Positions 1-10,533 of a stretch of 64,000 nt of DNA are shown here, one piece after another. This DNA comes from Acidobacteriota bacterium (GTDB lineage Bacteria > Acidobacteriota > UBA890 > WLXD01). How positions within the stretch are numbered: position 1 is the first letter of the stretch; every line of letters begins with the position of its first letter. A program made the position numbers and the translations under genes. The stretch covers positions 128,001 through 192,000 of the forward strand of contig CBDBHB010000009.1 in assembly GCA_965205505.1 (NCBI GenBank), written 5' to 3'. The notes below the pieces were generated by a model. It searched no databases. It saw only the letters and a program-made list of their open reading frames with translations, and had not been told where the DNA came from.

Positions 1-356
1 TGCCGGGCGCGGCTCAGCTGGTCGGTGTCTCGGGCGAACTGTTGTCGCATGAGGTCGGTGAGAAAGGTCTTGTGACCCTGCAGCTCCATCCACATCGACA
101 CCAGCGCGTAGGACCGGTAGTGCGGCACGAAGCCGAAGTTCTCGCGCCCCAGGGCGTGCGCCAGAGCCAGAGCGGTAGCGACGCCGTGGACCTCTTCGCC
201 AGTACCCCAGATGGCGAACTGCACCTCGCCGCGGGTTACGAACCGGACGATGAACTCCTCCGCGGCGCGCGAGCGCACGGCAACACGATAGGCGTGCCGG
301 AGCTCATCTGCAGTTGGCTCGACCTGGGCTCGAGCGTCAGTCTGGGCCTGCTCCAT
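1..356 (-). CDS. TPP-dependent 2-oxoacid dehydrogenase E1 (alpha-type) N-terminus, runs off left edge
   Basis: Not in ORF track; hand translation MEQAQTDARAQVEPTADELRHAYRVAVRSRAAEEFIVRFVTRGEVQFAIWGTGEEVHGVATAL...PHYRS...TDQLSRAR resembles E1-alpha N-termini; GGGAG RBS upstream. Confidence 0.7.
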   Translation of the reverse strand, partial: MEQAQTDARAQVEPTADELRHAYRVAVRSRAAEEFIVRFVTRGEVQFAIWGTGEEVHGVATALALAHALGRENFGFVPHYRSYALVSMWMELQGHKTFLTDLMRQQFARDTDQLSRAR

Positions 357-666
357 CCAGTTCTCCCTGCAACAGGGCAACGCCGACAGGTCGCGATCGC
401 CTAGCCTGGACCACGACGCACAGCTCGCCCGATTGGTACGGCGTTTCGCGACAGCAGGATTCCTTCCGGGGCGGGGGCTGACTGAAACCGCCTCAGCAGA
501 GGTCGTCTCAGCCTTTGTTCCCAGCGGAGGCTGTCGCGAGCAACCGTATTATACCAAGCGAGGCCTGCGGCTCATGAGTCAGCGCCAACGAACGAAAAAC
601 CGGCCCGCGCCAGGGAGGTGGCGCGGGCCGGGGGTGGGTCTGCCTGTTGGAGAGACGCAGTCGCCG

Positions 667-1311
667 CTAACGACGGCTGCCTCCTTGGGCGTACTGAAGC
701 GCATCCAGGATGTAGAACGGGACGAATCCGGGTCCACCGAAGCCACCGTAGATTCGGTAGCTACTGCGCGCCGGGTTTCTGACAAACGCGATGGCAACCC
801 GCCCCGAGACGGCACCGAAGGGTCGCTTCGAGCCCTCCTTGCCCGTAGTGAAGTAGGTCCATACGGCAGCGTCGGTGTATCCGAATACGGGCCGGACATA
901 GTCGGGACGGCCGAGCACGATGTGGATGAAGCCACGATCCGACTTCCAGCCTCGCGGGAAATCGTGATAGCGGTCGTTTGCCATCGCCACACGCTCGTAG
1001 AACAGTCGCTTGAACTCGTTGCCGTCGACCTCCGGATTCTCATCGCGGAGATCCCAGAACTCGGCGATGAAGTCAGCGCGCTCCGGGGTAGTGGAGAGGC
1101 CCTTGAAGACCTTCCGCTCCTCGTCGAGGATGATGTAGTCGACTGGACCCTCCAACCAGGTGTCGGGATCGGCCTCGAAATACGCCATTGCCGCGTCACC
1201 CGTCTCCGGGAGCTCGTCGAGCGATAATGCGGCTGTCGCTGCTACTGGCAGCAAGGCCACGGCACTGGCAACGGCGAAAAAGCTCGTGAGTTGGCGGTTT
1301 CGAGCTCGCAT
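667..1311 (-). CDS. GWxTD domain protein with signal peptide
   Basis: FW..RD..P...NEFK..FYERV..AN.....GWKSDRG..HIVLG.PD motif; ATG at 1311 precedes a hydrophobic leader. Confidence 0.85.
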   Translation of the reverse strand: MRARNRQLTSFFAVASAVALLPVAATAALSLDELPETGDAAMAYFEADPDTWLEGPVDYIILDEERKVFKGLSTTPERADFIAEFWDLRDENPEVDGNEFKRLFYERVAMANDRYHDFPRGWKSDRGFIHIVLGRPDYVRPVFGYTDAAVWTYFTTGKEGSKRPFGAVSGRVAIAFVRNPARSSYRIYGGFGGPGFVPFYILDALQYAQGGSRR

Positions 1312-1741
1312 GTTCTTCCTCCTTCGTGATGCCGCGCTGGACAACGCGGTCTCGTTGTCGCGATCCTGGCGACTAGCGATCGGTGCCGGGCGCCTAAGGC
1401 GCCGACCGCCGGGAGCGTCCTGGGTCGTACCGACCTGGTTTGCAGGGTCCGTGCCAGAGCTCGCTCAGTGGCCGGCGCGGCCGTGAGTCAACCAAGGTCA
1501 AAGCCGAGGAATGCCTGGGAATAGGCGCTTCCTGGCGTGGTTGTGCGGTGATAGGAGCGGCCAAACATAACTGCCGCAGGTCGTCCGCAAACCGACGGTG
1601 ACCCCATAAGGTCACTCGATGATGACGACATGCCGACATATTGGCGGCCAAGGTCGGCCTTTTAGGTGCTGCTCGAGCACGCCTCGCCGATCTCGACCAC
1701 CGGCGGGCACGACCCTGCTAGTGTCCTGAGTCAGGCCACTA

Positions 1742-4700
1742 GTGGCCTGTAACAGGGACCCCATACTTCGCTCCGGGAAACCGCCATTGGGCAACGCCTC
1801 CGTCGTCTACGCCGACAGCGCCGCGCGTCGTCTTGAACACGCGCGAGGCTGGCTCCGCCGCGCCGCGGCGTCTGGGCCGGTCCTCGTCGTGTCGGCTACG
1901 CGCGGTGCGGCGGATGATTTCGTTCGATCGCTCCTGGGGCCCGGCGAGGGCCTGTTCGGTGTTCACCGTACGACCCCTGCTCGCCTGGCCGCTGACCTCG
2001 CGGTGGTGGCGCTAGCGCGACGCGACCTCGCACCGGTAACCGGGCTCGGCATGGAAGCGCTGGCGGCGCGCGCATCGGAACGCTGCAGCCAGGAGGGACT
2101 GCAGTACTTCGGACCGGTGGCCGACTACCCGGGCTTCCCGCGGGCGCTGCGGCGCACTATGACCGAGCTCCGTCTGGCCGGCGTAGCGACCGAGCAACTC
2201 GTCGAGCTGGGTGCCGCCGGCACGGACCTGCAGCGGCTGGCCGACGCGTACGCCGGTGAGATCGACCGCTGGGGGCTCGCTGACCCCTCCATGCTTTGGC
2301 GTCTAGCCGCCGAGGCCGTCGAGGCGGGTCAGCATCTCTTAGTAGGCGTCCCGCTGCTGCTCCTCGATCTGGCGCCGGCCAGCGCGCTGGAACAGGAGGC
2401 GTGGCGGCGTCTGGTCGTCCGTGCGCCAGCAGCGCTGGCGACGGTGATCGGTAGCGATCGGCAGGCTCTCGAGGGGCTCTCCTCGGCGTTCGGTGCCAGC
2501 CCAACGGAGCTCGACGAGACAGCCGGTCCGGATGCAACACAGCTGGCACGACTTCGGCGCGGGGTGTTCGGCGAGGCAGAACCACGCGATGCAGCCGCCG
2601 ACGACACGCTCGAGATCGTTGCGGCACCGGGGGAGGGCCGCGAGGCGGTCGAGGTAGTGCGACGCATCCACGCCTTGGCGCGCGAAGGCGTGCCTTTCGA
2701 CCGCGTCGCGATCTTGCTGCGTGACCCGGATGCCTACCTTGGGCTTGTCGAGGAGGCGCTGCGGCGCGGCCGAGTTCCGGCCTGGTACACGCGTGGCACG
2801 GTACGGCCCGACGCCACCGGCCGCGCCTTCCTGGCGCTGTTAGCCTGCGCCGCCGATGATCTCTCGGCGTCGCGCTTCGCGGAGTATCTGTCTCTGGGCC
2901 AATCGCCACACGCCAAGGTTGCAGAGGGGCGTACGGTCGAGGTGCCGTGGGTCGAGCCCGCAGGCGCTCAGTTGGTTTTCAAGACCTTCGTCCCGGACGC
3001 CGCCGCTGCCGAGATCGAGGAAGAGGAGCTCGACGGACCGGTGGTCGCGGGGACCTTGCGGACGCCACGGCGATGGGAACAGCTTCTCGTGGACGCCGCG
3101 GTCGTGGGTGGACGCGACCGGTGGCAGCGTCGACTCGCCGGGGTACGCGCCGAGCTTGAGGAACGACGTCGCGCATTGGACGATCTCGACGAGACGCACA
3201 GCGAGCACTTGGGAAAGCAAATCGATACGCTCGCCAATCTCGAGCGGTTCGCGCTACCGATCATCGACATGCTGGCCGCACTGCCCCGAAGGGCGCCGTG
3301 GGGCGACTGGCTGGGGTCGCTGCGTCAGCTCGCCGTGGCAACGCTGAGACGGCCGGAGCGGGTGCTCGCCGTTCTCGGTGGTCTCGAACCGATGGAAAGC
3401 GTCGGGCCGGTCGATCTGACGGAGGTACGCCGGGTCCTCGACGAACGCCTCGCTTTTCTGCGCTATGAACCCATTGGGCGCCGGTACGGCAAGGTCTTCG
3501 TCGCGACGATCGACGAAGCGCGCGGCCGCAGCTTCGATGTGGTGTTTCTTCCTGGTTTGGCTGAGGGAATCTTTCCGCGGCGAGCCAGCGAGGACCCGCT
3601 GCTCTTGGACGAGCTGCGACGACTCGTCGATGCACCGCTGATGACTCAGGACGAACGCTTCGAGAACGAGCGGATGTTGCTGCGCATCGCCGTCGGGGCA
3701 GCGTCGCGCCGCTTGGTCGTGTCGTACCCGACGCAAGACACCTTGCAGGGCCGCGCGCGAGTGCCTTCCTTCTACGCGCTCGACATCGTTCGTGCAGCCG
3801 AAGGCCAACTTCCCGACACGCGCGCGCTCGAGGCCCGCGGTGCGGCCGGGTCGGCATCGCTGCTTGGCTGGCCGGCGCCGCGCGACAAGCGCGCTGCCAT
3901 TGACGCCGCCGAGTTTGACGTTTCGTATCTAGAGCCCATCCTGACGCGGACAGAAGGCGACGTAACCGGCCGGGCTCGATTCCTTCTGGACACTAACGAG
4001 CACCTGGCGCGCTCGCTACGCGCTCGTGCCCGCAGGTGGCGACCGGGGTTCTTCGCCGCCGACGGTCTGGTGCAGCCCAGTGACGCGGCGCGCGTCGTCC
4101 TCGACCGACATCGTCTGCGCGCGCGCAGCTACTCGCCCACCGCACTGCAGCGCTATGCAGTCTGCCCATACCAGTTCTTTCTCTATGCCATACAGCGCTT
4201 GCGGCCACGTGAGGAGCCCGTGGCATTGGAGCAGATGGATCCGCTGACGCGTGGAAGCTTGTTTCACCAAGTGCAGTACGTGCTTTTTCAGCGCCTGCGT
4301 GACGGTGACAACCTGCCGATCACGGCTGCCAATCGCGCCGCCGCGACTGCCGCGGCTGACGCGGCTCTCGACGAGCTGGCGGCGAGTTACGCGGAGCGGC
4401 TCGCGCCGGCCATTCCGCGCGTATGGGACGACGAGGTCGAGGGCGTGCGCACGGATCTGCGCGGTTGGATTCGCGAGGTCGCCGAGGCCAACGACGTCTG
4501 GGAGCCGACTTTCTTCGAGTTCTCCTTCGGCCTCGGGCACGAAGCCGGCCGCGATCCGCTCAGCCATCACGATGAGGCGCTGACCGCCGATGGCTATCGC
4601 CTCCGTGGCGCCATCGATCTCGTCGAGCGCGATCCGGCCCGGGATGCCTGGCGCGTCACCGATCACAAGACGGGTCGAGCGCTGCGCGCACGCTACGTGA

Positions 4701-5044
4701 CGATCGGTGGTGGCGAGGTGTTGCAGCCGCTGCTCTATGCCCTTGCGGCGGAGCATCACCTCGAGGGCGACGTCGTGGCCGGTCGCCTGTTCTACTGCAC
4801 ACGGCGCGGAGAGTTCCAGGACCGCGAGGTGGCGCTCAACGCCGATAGCCGCATGAAAGTGTCTCAGGCGCTGGGGATTATCGACGCCGCCATTGCCGAC
4901 GGCTTCCTGCCCGCAGCGCCGCGCGAACGTGCTTGTGACTGGTGCGACTTCCGCGTCGTGTGCGGGCCCTACGAGGAGCTCCGGGTTCGGCGCAAGGACC
5001 CGGCACCGCTCGCCAGCCTGCGACTCCTGCGAGGTGCGCGATGA
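1742..5044 (+). CDS. AddB-like ATP-dependent nuclease subunit B (PD-(D/E)XK nuclease, Fe-S cysteines)
   Basis: Inactive helicase body, YSPTALQRYAVCPYQF, GAIDLVE..DHKTG, C-terminal CDWCDFRVVC; overlaps the helicase gene; start uncertain. Confidence 0.85.
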   Translation: MACNRDPILRSGKPPLGNASVVYADSAARRLEHARGWLRRAAASGPVLVVSATRGAADDFVRSLLGPGEGLFGVHRTTPARLAADLAVVALARRDLAPVTGLGMEALAARASERCSQEGLQYFGPVADYPGFPRALRRTMTELRLAGVATEQLVELGAAGTDLQRLADAYAGEIDRWGLADPSMLWRLAAEAVEAGQHLLVGVPLLLLDLAPASALEQEAWRRLVVRAPAALATVIGSDRQALEGLSSAFGASPTELDETAGPDATQLARLRRGVFGEAEPRDAAADDTLEIVAAPGEGREAVEVVRRIHALAREGVPFDRVAILLRDPDAYLGLVEEALRRGRVPAWYTRGTVRPDATGRAFLALLACAADDLSASRFAEYLSLGQSPHAKVAEGRTVEVPWVEPAGAQLVFKTFVPDAAAAEIEEEELDGPVVAGTLRTPRRWEQLLVDAAVVGGRDRWQRRLAGVRAELEERRRALDDLDETHSEHLGKQIDTLANLERFALPIIDMLAALPRRAPWGDWLGSLRQLAVATLRRPERVLAVLGGLEPMESVGPVDLTEVRRVLDERLAFLRYEPIGRRYGKVFVATIDEARGRSFDVVFLPGLAEGIFPRRASEDPLLLDELRRLVDAPLMTQDERFENERMLLRIAVGAASRRLVVSYPTQDTLQGRARVPSFYALDIVRAAEGQLPDTRALEARGAAGSASLLGWPAPRDKRAAIDAAEFDVSYLEPILTRTEGDVTGRARFLLDTNEHLARSLRARARRWRPGFFAADGLVQPSDAARVVLDRHRLRARSYSPTALQRYAVCPYQFFLYAIQRLRPREEPVALEQMDPLTRGSLFHQVQYVLFQRLRDGDNLPITAANRAAATAAADAALDELAASYAERLAPAIPRVWDDEVEGVRTDLRGWIREVAEANDVWEPTFFEFSFGLGHEAGRDPLSHHDEALTADGYRLRGAIDLVERDPARDAWRVTDHKTGRALRARYVTIGGGEVLQPLLYALAAEHHLEGDVVAGRLFYCTRRGEFQDREVALNADSRMKVSQALGIIDAAIADGFLPAAPRERACDWCDFRVVCGPYEELRVRRKDPAPLASLRLLRGAR

Positions 5045-8000
5045 GCGCGATCGACGACGACAGGGCTGCCCGCAAGCGCATCAGCGAGGACCTAACGCGT
5101 AGCTTCCTGGTCGAAGCGGCGGCCGGTACCGGCAAGACGACGATTCTGGTGGCGCGCCTGGTAAACGCCCTGGCGGCGGGGGCACCGATCGAGGCGGTCG
5201 TTGCGGTCACCTTCACGCGCAAGGCGGCCGGCGAGCTCAAGCTACGACTGCGCCAGGAGCTGGACCGGGCCCGAGCGAGCGAGGCTGACCCCGCCCGTGG
5301 CGATTGTCTCGCTGACGCGATTGCTCGTTTGGAGGAGGCCAGCATCGGCACGATTCATTCGTTTTGCGCCGAGATTCTGCGCCAGCGACCGGTGGAGGCG
5401 AAGATCGACCCGGCTTTCGGGGAGATCGACAATGAGCAAGCCGCCACCATTTACGGCCGAGCGTTCCGTACGTGGATCGAACGCCGGCTGGGGGAGATGC
5501 CCGAGGGCCTGCGGCGTGCGTTCAGTCGCTTGGCGGTGCGCCCCTCTTTCGATGGATCCACACCCATGGAGCGGCTGCGCGAGGCCGGCCAGCAGTTGCT
5601 TGAATGGCGTGACTACCCGGCGAGCTGGGAGCGGCGACCCTACGATCGTCAGGCGATGATCGACATCGAGATCGAGCGCGTCGCCGCAGTAGCGACCTTG
5701 TATCAAGAGTGCCGGACGACCAACGACCCGCTTCGTAAGGCGATCGCTCCGGCCGAGCAACTCGATACCTGGATCCGTCGCTCGGAAGACGTCGAGCCGC
5801 GCCGCGACTACGATGCGCTCGAGGCCCGCTTGCTGGACACGCTGCGCGAGCTGCGGCGCAACCGGCGGCAGAAAGGCAGAGGCGCCTGGCCAGCCGAAGG
5901 CATCTCGCGGGCCGACGTAGCGAGGCAGCGCGACACGCTGATCGCGAGCCTCGAAGAGTTCGAACGATACGCCGACGCCGACCTCGCGGCCCTATTGCGC
6001 GGCGAGCTGGGCGAAGTCGTCGAAGCGTATGGTCGCCTCAAACGCGACGCCGGACAGCTCGACTTTCTCGACCTGTTGATCCGTACCCGCGATCTGATTC
6101 GCGACAACGCTGAGGTGCGCTGCTACCTGCAGGGTCGGTTCCGACACATCTTCGTCGATGAGTTTCAGGACACGGATCCGTTGCAGGTCGAGATTCTCCT
6201 CCTGCTCGCCGCTGGCGATCCGCAAATAGCAGACTGGAGGTGTGCAACCCCGGCACCCGGAAAGCTCTTCCTGGTAGGCGACCCGAAGCAGTCGATCTAC
6301 CGATTTCGCCGCGCCGACGTGGTGCTTTACGAGAAGATCAAGGAAACGTTGCAGCGACAGGGGGTCGCATTCGAAAAGCTGACCCGCAGCTGGCGATCGG
6401 TGCGGCCGCTGCAGGAGAGCGTCAACTGCGCCTTCGGCAGGCTGATGACCGGAGATCGCGAGTCGGGTCAGCCCGACTACGTACCGCTGGCCAACCATCG
6501 CCCCGCCATCGACAACCAGCCTGCCGTGGTGGCGTTGCCTGTTCCCGAGCCCTACGGTCGCTATCGCATCACCAAGTGGGAGGTGGATCGCGGTCTTCCT
6601 GAAGTGATCGGAGCGTGGATCTCCTGGCTGCTCACCGACAGCGATTGGAAGGTCGACGACCCGGATCATCCGGGTGAGTTGATCGCCATCCGGTCGCGTC
6701 ATATCGCAATCTTGTTCCGCCGCTTTCTCTCCTGGCGGCGCGACGTTACCAGGCCCTACCTGGCGGCGCTGGAGGCGCGCGGCATCCCTCACCTGCTCTC
6801 CGGCGGTCGCTCGTTCCACCAGCGCGAGGAAGTGGAAACGCTGCGTGCCGCGCTGAGCGCAGTGGAGTGGCCTGACGACGAGCTGTCGGTCTTCGCCACT
6901 CTCAAGGGCGGCCTGTTCGCGATTCCCGACGCAGCGTTACTGCGGTTTCGCCAGGAGATCGGCGGGCTGTATCCGTTCCGGCGAAACGATCGCGACTTCG
7001 ACGCCGAGCTCGCGCCGATCGGCGTTGCACTGTCGCTGCTAGCCGAGCTGCACCGCGGGCGCAATCGAGTACCAATTGCGCAGACGATTCTCGAGTTGCT
7101 GGAGGCGACGCGCGCGCATGCCGGATTTGCCATGCGCCCGGCGGGCAACCAGGTGCTGGCAAACGTTCAGCGCGTCTGCGATCTGGCGCGGGCATTCGAG
7201 CTCCGCGGCGGTATCTCGTTCCGTGGATTTGTTCGTCGGCTCAACGACGAGGCCGAGCGAGCTGGCTCGACCGAGTCACCGGTGCTCGAGGAAGGCGCCG
7301 AGGGTGTACGCGTGATGACGGTGCACGGCGCCAAGGGTCTGGAGTTTCCGGTGGTCATCCTCGCGGACATCACCGCTAACTTGACACACGCGACGCCCTC
7401 GACCCACATCGACCCCGAGCGCCAGCTGAGTGCGACACGACTCTTGGGTTGCTCGCCGTGGGAGCTGACGGAGAACGCCGACCGCGAGCGGGCTCGCGAC
7501 GCTGCCGAGGCGGTTCGAGTCGCCTACGTAGCAGCGACCCGCGCGCGCGACCTTCTCGTGGTCCCGACAATCGGCGACCACGCCTGGGAGGATGGCTGGA
7601 CCTCGCCGCTCAACCCGGTTATTTACCCGCCGCGCGAACGCTACCGACGTAGCGAACTCGCGCCGGGGTGCCCGGCGTTCGGGGAGCGCACCGTCCTCGC
7701 CCGGCCGCACGCTGTGCCGGGAGAGGCGGAGATCTCGGTGCGCCCTGGCCTGCATGTGTCCGATTGCGACACCCCGGTAGTTTGGTGGGACCCGGCATTG
7801 CTCGCTGTGGACGTGCCCAGGACCTTTGGTTTGCATCAGGAGCTCTTGCTTGCCGACGATGCGGCTGCCGGTGGCGCGGCAGCTGCAGCCGGTGCGGCCC
7901 AGCATGATGAGTGGCGGCAGCGCCTCGACGATTCGATTCACCGCGGGTCGCAGCCGGAGCGCACGGTGGTGCTTGTCTCGGAGGTCGATACTCCGCCGGA

Positions 8001-8481
8001 TGTCGAGGCGGAGGTTGTGGTCGGGCATGTCGAGCGTGTGGCCGACCGCCCCGGCGGCCGCCGTTTCGGCACTCTGGTACACACGGTGCTACGGGACGTC
8101 CCATACGACGCCGACGAGCCCACGGTCGCCGGCTTCGTTCGCGTCCATGGCCGTACCCTCGGGGCCGTGCCCTCAGAGATGGAAGCAGCCGCCGAAGCGG
8201 TCTGCAGGGCTCTCCAGCACCCGCTGTTGAGTGCCGCCACGAGGTCGCCTCGCTGCTACCGTGAGGTACCGTTCACCATGTGTCCGGAGGCGGGGCAGAT
8301 CGTCGAGGGGGTGATCGATCTGATCTTCGGCGACGGCCACAGTTGGACCATCGTGGATTTCAAGACCGACGCGCGAACCAGCGACCTTCTGGAACGCTAT
8401 CGTGCACAGGCGCTTTGGTACGTGCATGCCGCTCGGTCGCTGTTGGACGGCGACGCCCGGGCGGTGCTGCTTAGCGTGTAG
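5041..8481 (+). CDS. AddA-like UvrD helicase with C-terminal RecB-type nuclease
   Basis: AAAGTGKT, VDEFQD, VGDPKQSIYRFR, MTVHGAKGLEF, YVAATRA, GVIDL..IVDFKT; ATGA coupling at 5041. Confidence 0.9.
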   Translation: MSAIDDDRAARKRISEDLTRSFLVEAAAGTGKTTILVARLVNALAAGAPIEAVVAVTFTRKAAGELKLRLRQELDRARASEADPARGDCLADAIARLEEASIGTIHSFCAEILRQRPVEAKIDPAFGEIDNEQAATIYGRAFRTWIERRLGEMPEGLRRAFSRLAVRPSFDGSTPMERLREAGQQLLEWRDYPASWERRPYDRQAMIDIEIERVAAVATLYQECRTTNDPLRKAIAPAEQLDTWIRRSEDVEPRRDYDALEARLLDTLRELRRNRRQKGRGAWPAEGISRADVARQRDTLIASLEEFERYADADLAALLRGELGEVVEAYGRLKRDAGQLDFLDLLIRTRDLIRDNAEVRCYLQGRFRHIFVDEFQDTDPLQVEILLLLAAGDPQIADWRCATPAPGKLFLVGDPKQSIYRFRRADVVLYEKIKETLQRQGVAFEKLTRSWRSVRPLQESVNCAFGRLMTGDRESGQPDYVPLANHRPAIDNQPAVVALPVPEPYGRYRITKWEVDRGLPEVIGAWISWLLTDSDWKVDDPDHPGELIAIRSRHIAILFRRFLSWRRDVTRPYLAALEARGIPHLLSGGRSFHQREEVETLRAALSAVEWPDDELSVFATLKGGLFAIPDAALLRFRQEIGGLYPFRRNDRDFDAELAPIGVALSLLAELHRGRNRVPIAQTILELLEATRAHAGFAMRPAGNQVLANVQRVCDLARAFELRGGISFRGFVRRLNDEAERAGSTESPVLEEGAEGVRVMTVHGAKGLEFPVVILADITANLTHATPSTHIDPERQLSATRLLGCSPWELTENADRERARDAAEAVRVAYVAATRARDLLVVPTIGDHAWEDGWTSPLNPVIYPPRERYRRSELAPGCPAFGERTVLARPHAVPGEAEISVRPGLHVSDCDTPVVWWDPALLAVDVPRTFGLHQELLLADDAAAGGAAAAAGAAQHDEWRQRLDDSIHRGSQPERTVVLVSEVDTPPDVEAEVVVGHVERVADRPGGRRFGTLVHTVLRDVPYDADEPTVAGFVRVHGRTLGAVPSEMEAAAEAVCRALQHPLLSAATRSPRCYREVPFTMCPEAGQIVEGVIDLIFGDGHSWTIVDFKTDARTSDLLERYRAQALWYVHAARSLLDGDARAVLLSV

Positions 8482-8849
8482 CACAGGTCGGCCCAGCACC
8501 GCGGCGGTGGCAGAGACGACACCGACAACGTGTGAAGATGCCGCGTCGGATGCGGTATGAGGACATCGATCCGCACGCCGCCCGCTCCGGCCGAGGCGGC
8601 CTGTTCGCTCGCTCGATGCTGATCGCGTTCGTGGAGCGGCGCTGGCATCGCCTGGTGGGCCGCTTCGTTGTGCCCCGAGCCGGAGCAAACGCGCGCCAAC
8701 GTGGTGCGCGACTATCGAGATTTTCCGTCGCCGAAACGACGAAGCACTCTTCACTCCCGGTAGTAGCTATCATTTCAGCCCCCGCGGGCATGCCGTGCTG
8801 GCCGATTGGCTATACCAGCGTCTCACGGGCAAGTAACTCGAAGTGCCGG

Positions 8850-9722
8850 TCAGAAGATCACGTCGTCGAGTAGCGTCCGCAGGTAATGTCCATACTCCGA
8901 GTTTCCCATCGGCGTTGCCAGCCGCTCGAGTTGCTGGCGATCGATGAAACGCATGCGGTAGGCGATTTCCTCCGGACAGCAGATCTTCAGGCCCTGCCGC
9001 TTCTCGATCGCACGGATGTAGACGGCGGCGTCCATCAGTGCATCGAACTGGCCGGTGTCGAGCCAGGCAAAGCCGCGCCCGAGAATCTCGACGTGCAGTT
9101 GACCATCGTCGAGATAGGCTCGGTTGACGTCGGTGATCTCGAGCTCGCCGCGCGCTGACGGCTTCAGGTCGGCGGCGATCCCGCTGACCTTGGAATCGTA
9201 GAAGTACAGGCCGGTCACAGCGTAGCGTGACTTCGGCTGGCGCGGCTTTTCCTCGATGCTGATCGCAACGCCGTCGCGAAACTCGACAACCCCGTAGCGT
9301 TGCGGATCATTGACCGGATACGCGAACACCGTCGCGCCGGCATCGCGTCCCACAGCGCGTTGGAGTTGGGCAGAAAAATCGTGCCCGTAGAAGATGTTGT
9401 CGCCGAGAACGAGGGCACAAGGATCACCGGCGATGAACTTGCTGCCGATGATGAACGCCTGCGCGAGCCCCTCGGGACGTGGTTGTACGGCGTAGCGGAG
9501 ATCCATTCCCCAGCCGCTTCCGTCGCCGAGCAAAGCCTGGAACAGCGGCGTGTGCTCCGGGGTCGAGATGATCAGAACCTCGCGAATCCCCGCCAGCATG
9601 AGAGTCGACAGCGGATAATAAATCATCGGCTTATCGTAGACCGGCAGCAGTTGCTTCGACAGCACCGAGGTCAACGGCGTCAGACGGGTGCCGGAGCCGC
9701 CGGCGAGAATGATCCCTTTCAT
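8850..9722 (-). CDS. rfbA: glucose-1-phosphate thymidylyltransferase
   Basis: [51 protein letters not shown]. Confidence 0.97.
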   Translation of the reverse strand: MKGIILAGGSGTRLTPLTSVLSKQLLPVYDKPMIYYPLSTLMLAGIREVLIISTPEHTPLFQALLGDGSGWGMDLRYAVQPRPEGLAQAFIIGSKFIAGDPCALVLGDNIFYGHDFSAQLQRAVGRDAGATVFAYPVNDPQRYGVVEFRDGVAISIEEKPRQPKSRYAVTGLYFYDSKVSGIAADLKPSARGELEITDVNRAYLDDGQLHVEILGRGFAWLDTGQFDALMDAAVYIRAIEKRQGLKICCPEEIAYRMRFIDRQQLERLATPMGNSEYGHYLRTLLDDVIF

Positions 9723-9898
9723 CGCTGCTTGCGTCCCGTACTGGTCGGAGCCGACGGTACGCGGGCATGCTTCGCGCCGCCCGTCTTCGATCGGTGCGCC
9801 ATTATACCGGCGCCGGCGTCGGTCCCGGTTTGTATGATGGGGCGCGCCACCTCCGGGACTGCGAGGTTGGCGGCCGTGATAGATCGACCGAGTCGTCC

Positions 9899-10030
9899 AT
9901 GGAAGAAGGGATCGTGACCGCCGCGTCAGAGTCGCACCGATCCGAAGCGGACGAGCAGCGTCTGAGCCTCACAGTGGTTGTTCCGGTCGACAACGAGGGA
10001 GCGAGCGTTGGTGGCGTGCTCGACGACCTC
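9899..10030 (+). pseudogene. 5' remnant of a GT2 glycosyltransferase
   Basis: [23 protein letters not shown] matches the GT2 N-terminal VVIP.YNE motif; sequence then becomes the antisense of the methyltransferase. Confidence 0.6.
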
Positions 10031-10419
10031 GGATCCGGGCAGTGCTCGAGCGTTTCCAGCGACAGAACGAGGTCGACAGACCGGCTGTGTACCGGTAGGT
10101 CGGTGAGATCGGTCTGGGCGTAGCGTCCGTGCCGCCCACGCGCCCGTGCGATGTTGATGAGGCGCAACGAGACCTCGATGTTGATCACCGTGCTCGGCAG
10201 CTGCTGGCCACGCAGAAATTCCACTGCCTCGCCAGTGCGGGACCAGATGTTCAGGATCGTGGCCGGTGCCGCAGTCGGAAAGTAAGTGAAGCTCTCGCGG
10301 TAACGCTGATCGTGGGCGTCGCGCACCTGATCGTTGGCACGGTCGTAGATATCGGCGACGCCGTCCCAGAACTCGCGCACGTCGGCAGACGAGAAGTCGT
10401 TCCTGGTGGCGATGTCCAT
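10028..10419 (-). pseudogene. class I SAM-dependent methyltransferase, 3'-truncated
   Basis: VREFWDGVADIYD, DLTDLPVHSRSVDLVLSLETLEHCPDP then Ser/Thr-rich sequence that is the antisense of the GT2 remnant (track ORF 9802-10419). Confidence 0.65.
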
Positions 10420-10533
10420 GGCGGGAATCAGTGGCGCTGGTTCAATGGTGGCTCAGCAACGCCATATGGCTACGAACCCATCCCGCGAGGATACACCGAG
10501 GTACTTTCACCACGGCCCGCCAGCCGCGCAGGC

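Noticed and set aside
440-540. TPP riboswitch upstream of the E1 gene (hairpin, GCTGAGA on minus strand)
   Set aside because: The downstream ACCTGA...AATG core is absent.
1742-8481. Helicase-nuclease pair as a novel defence system
   Set aside because: Order, size and Fe-S cysteines fit ordinary AddAB-type repair genes in core context.
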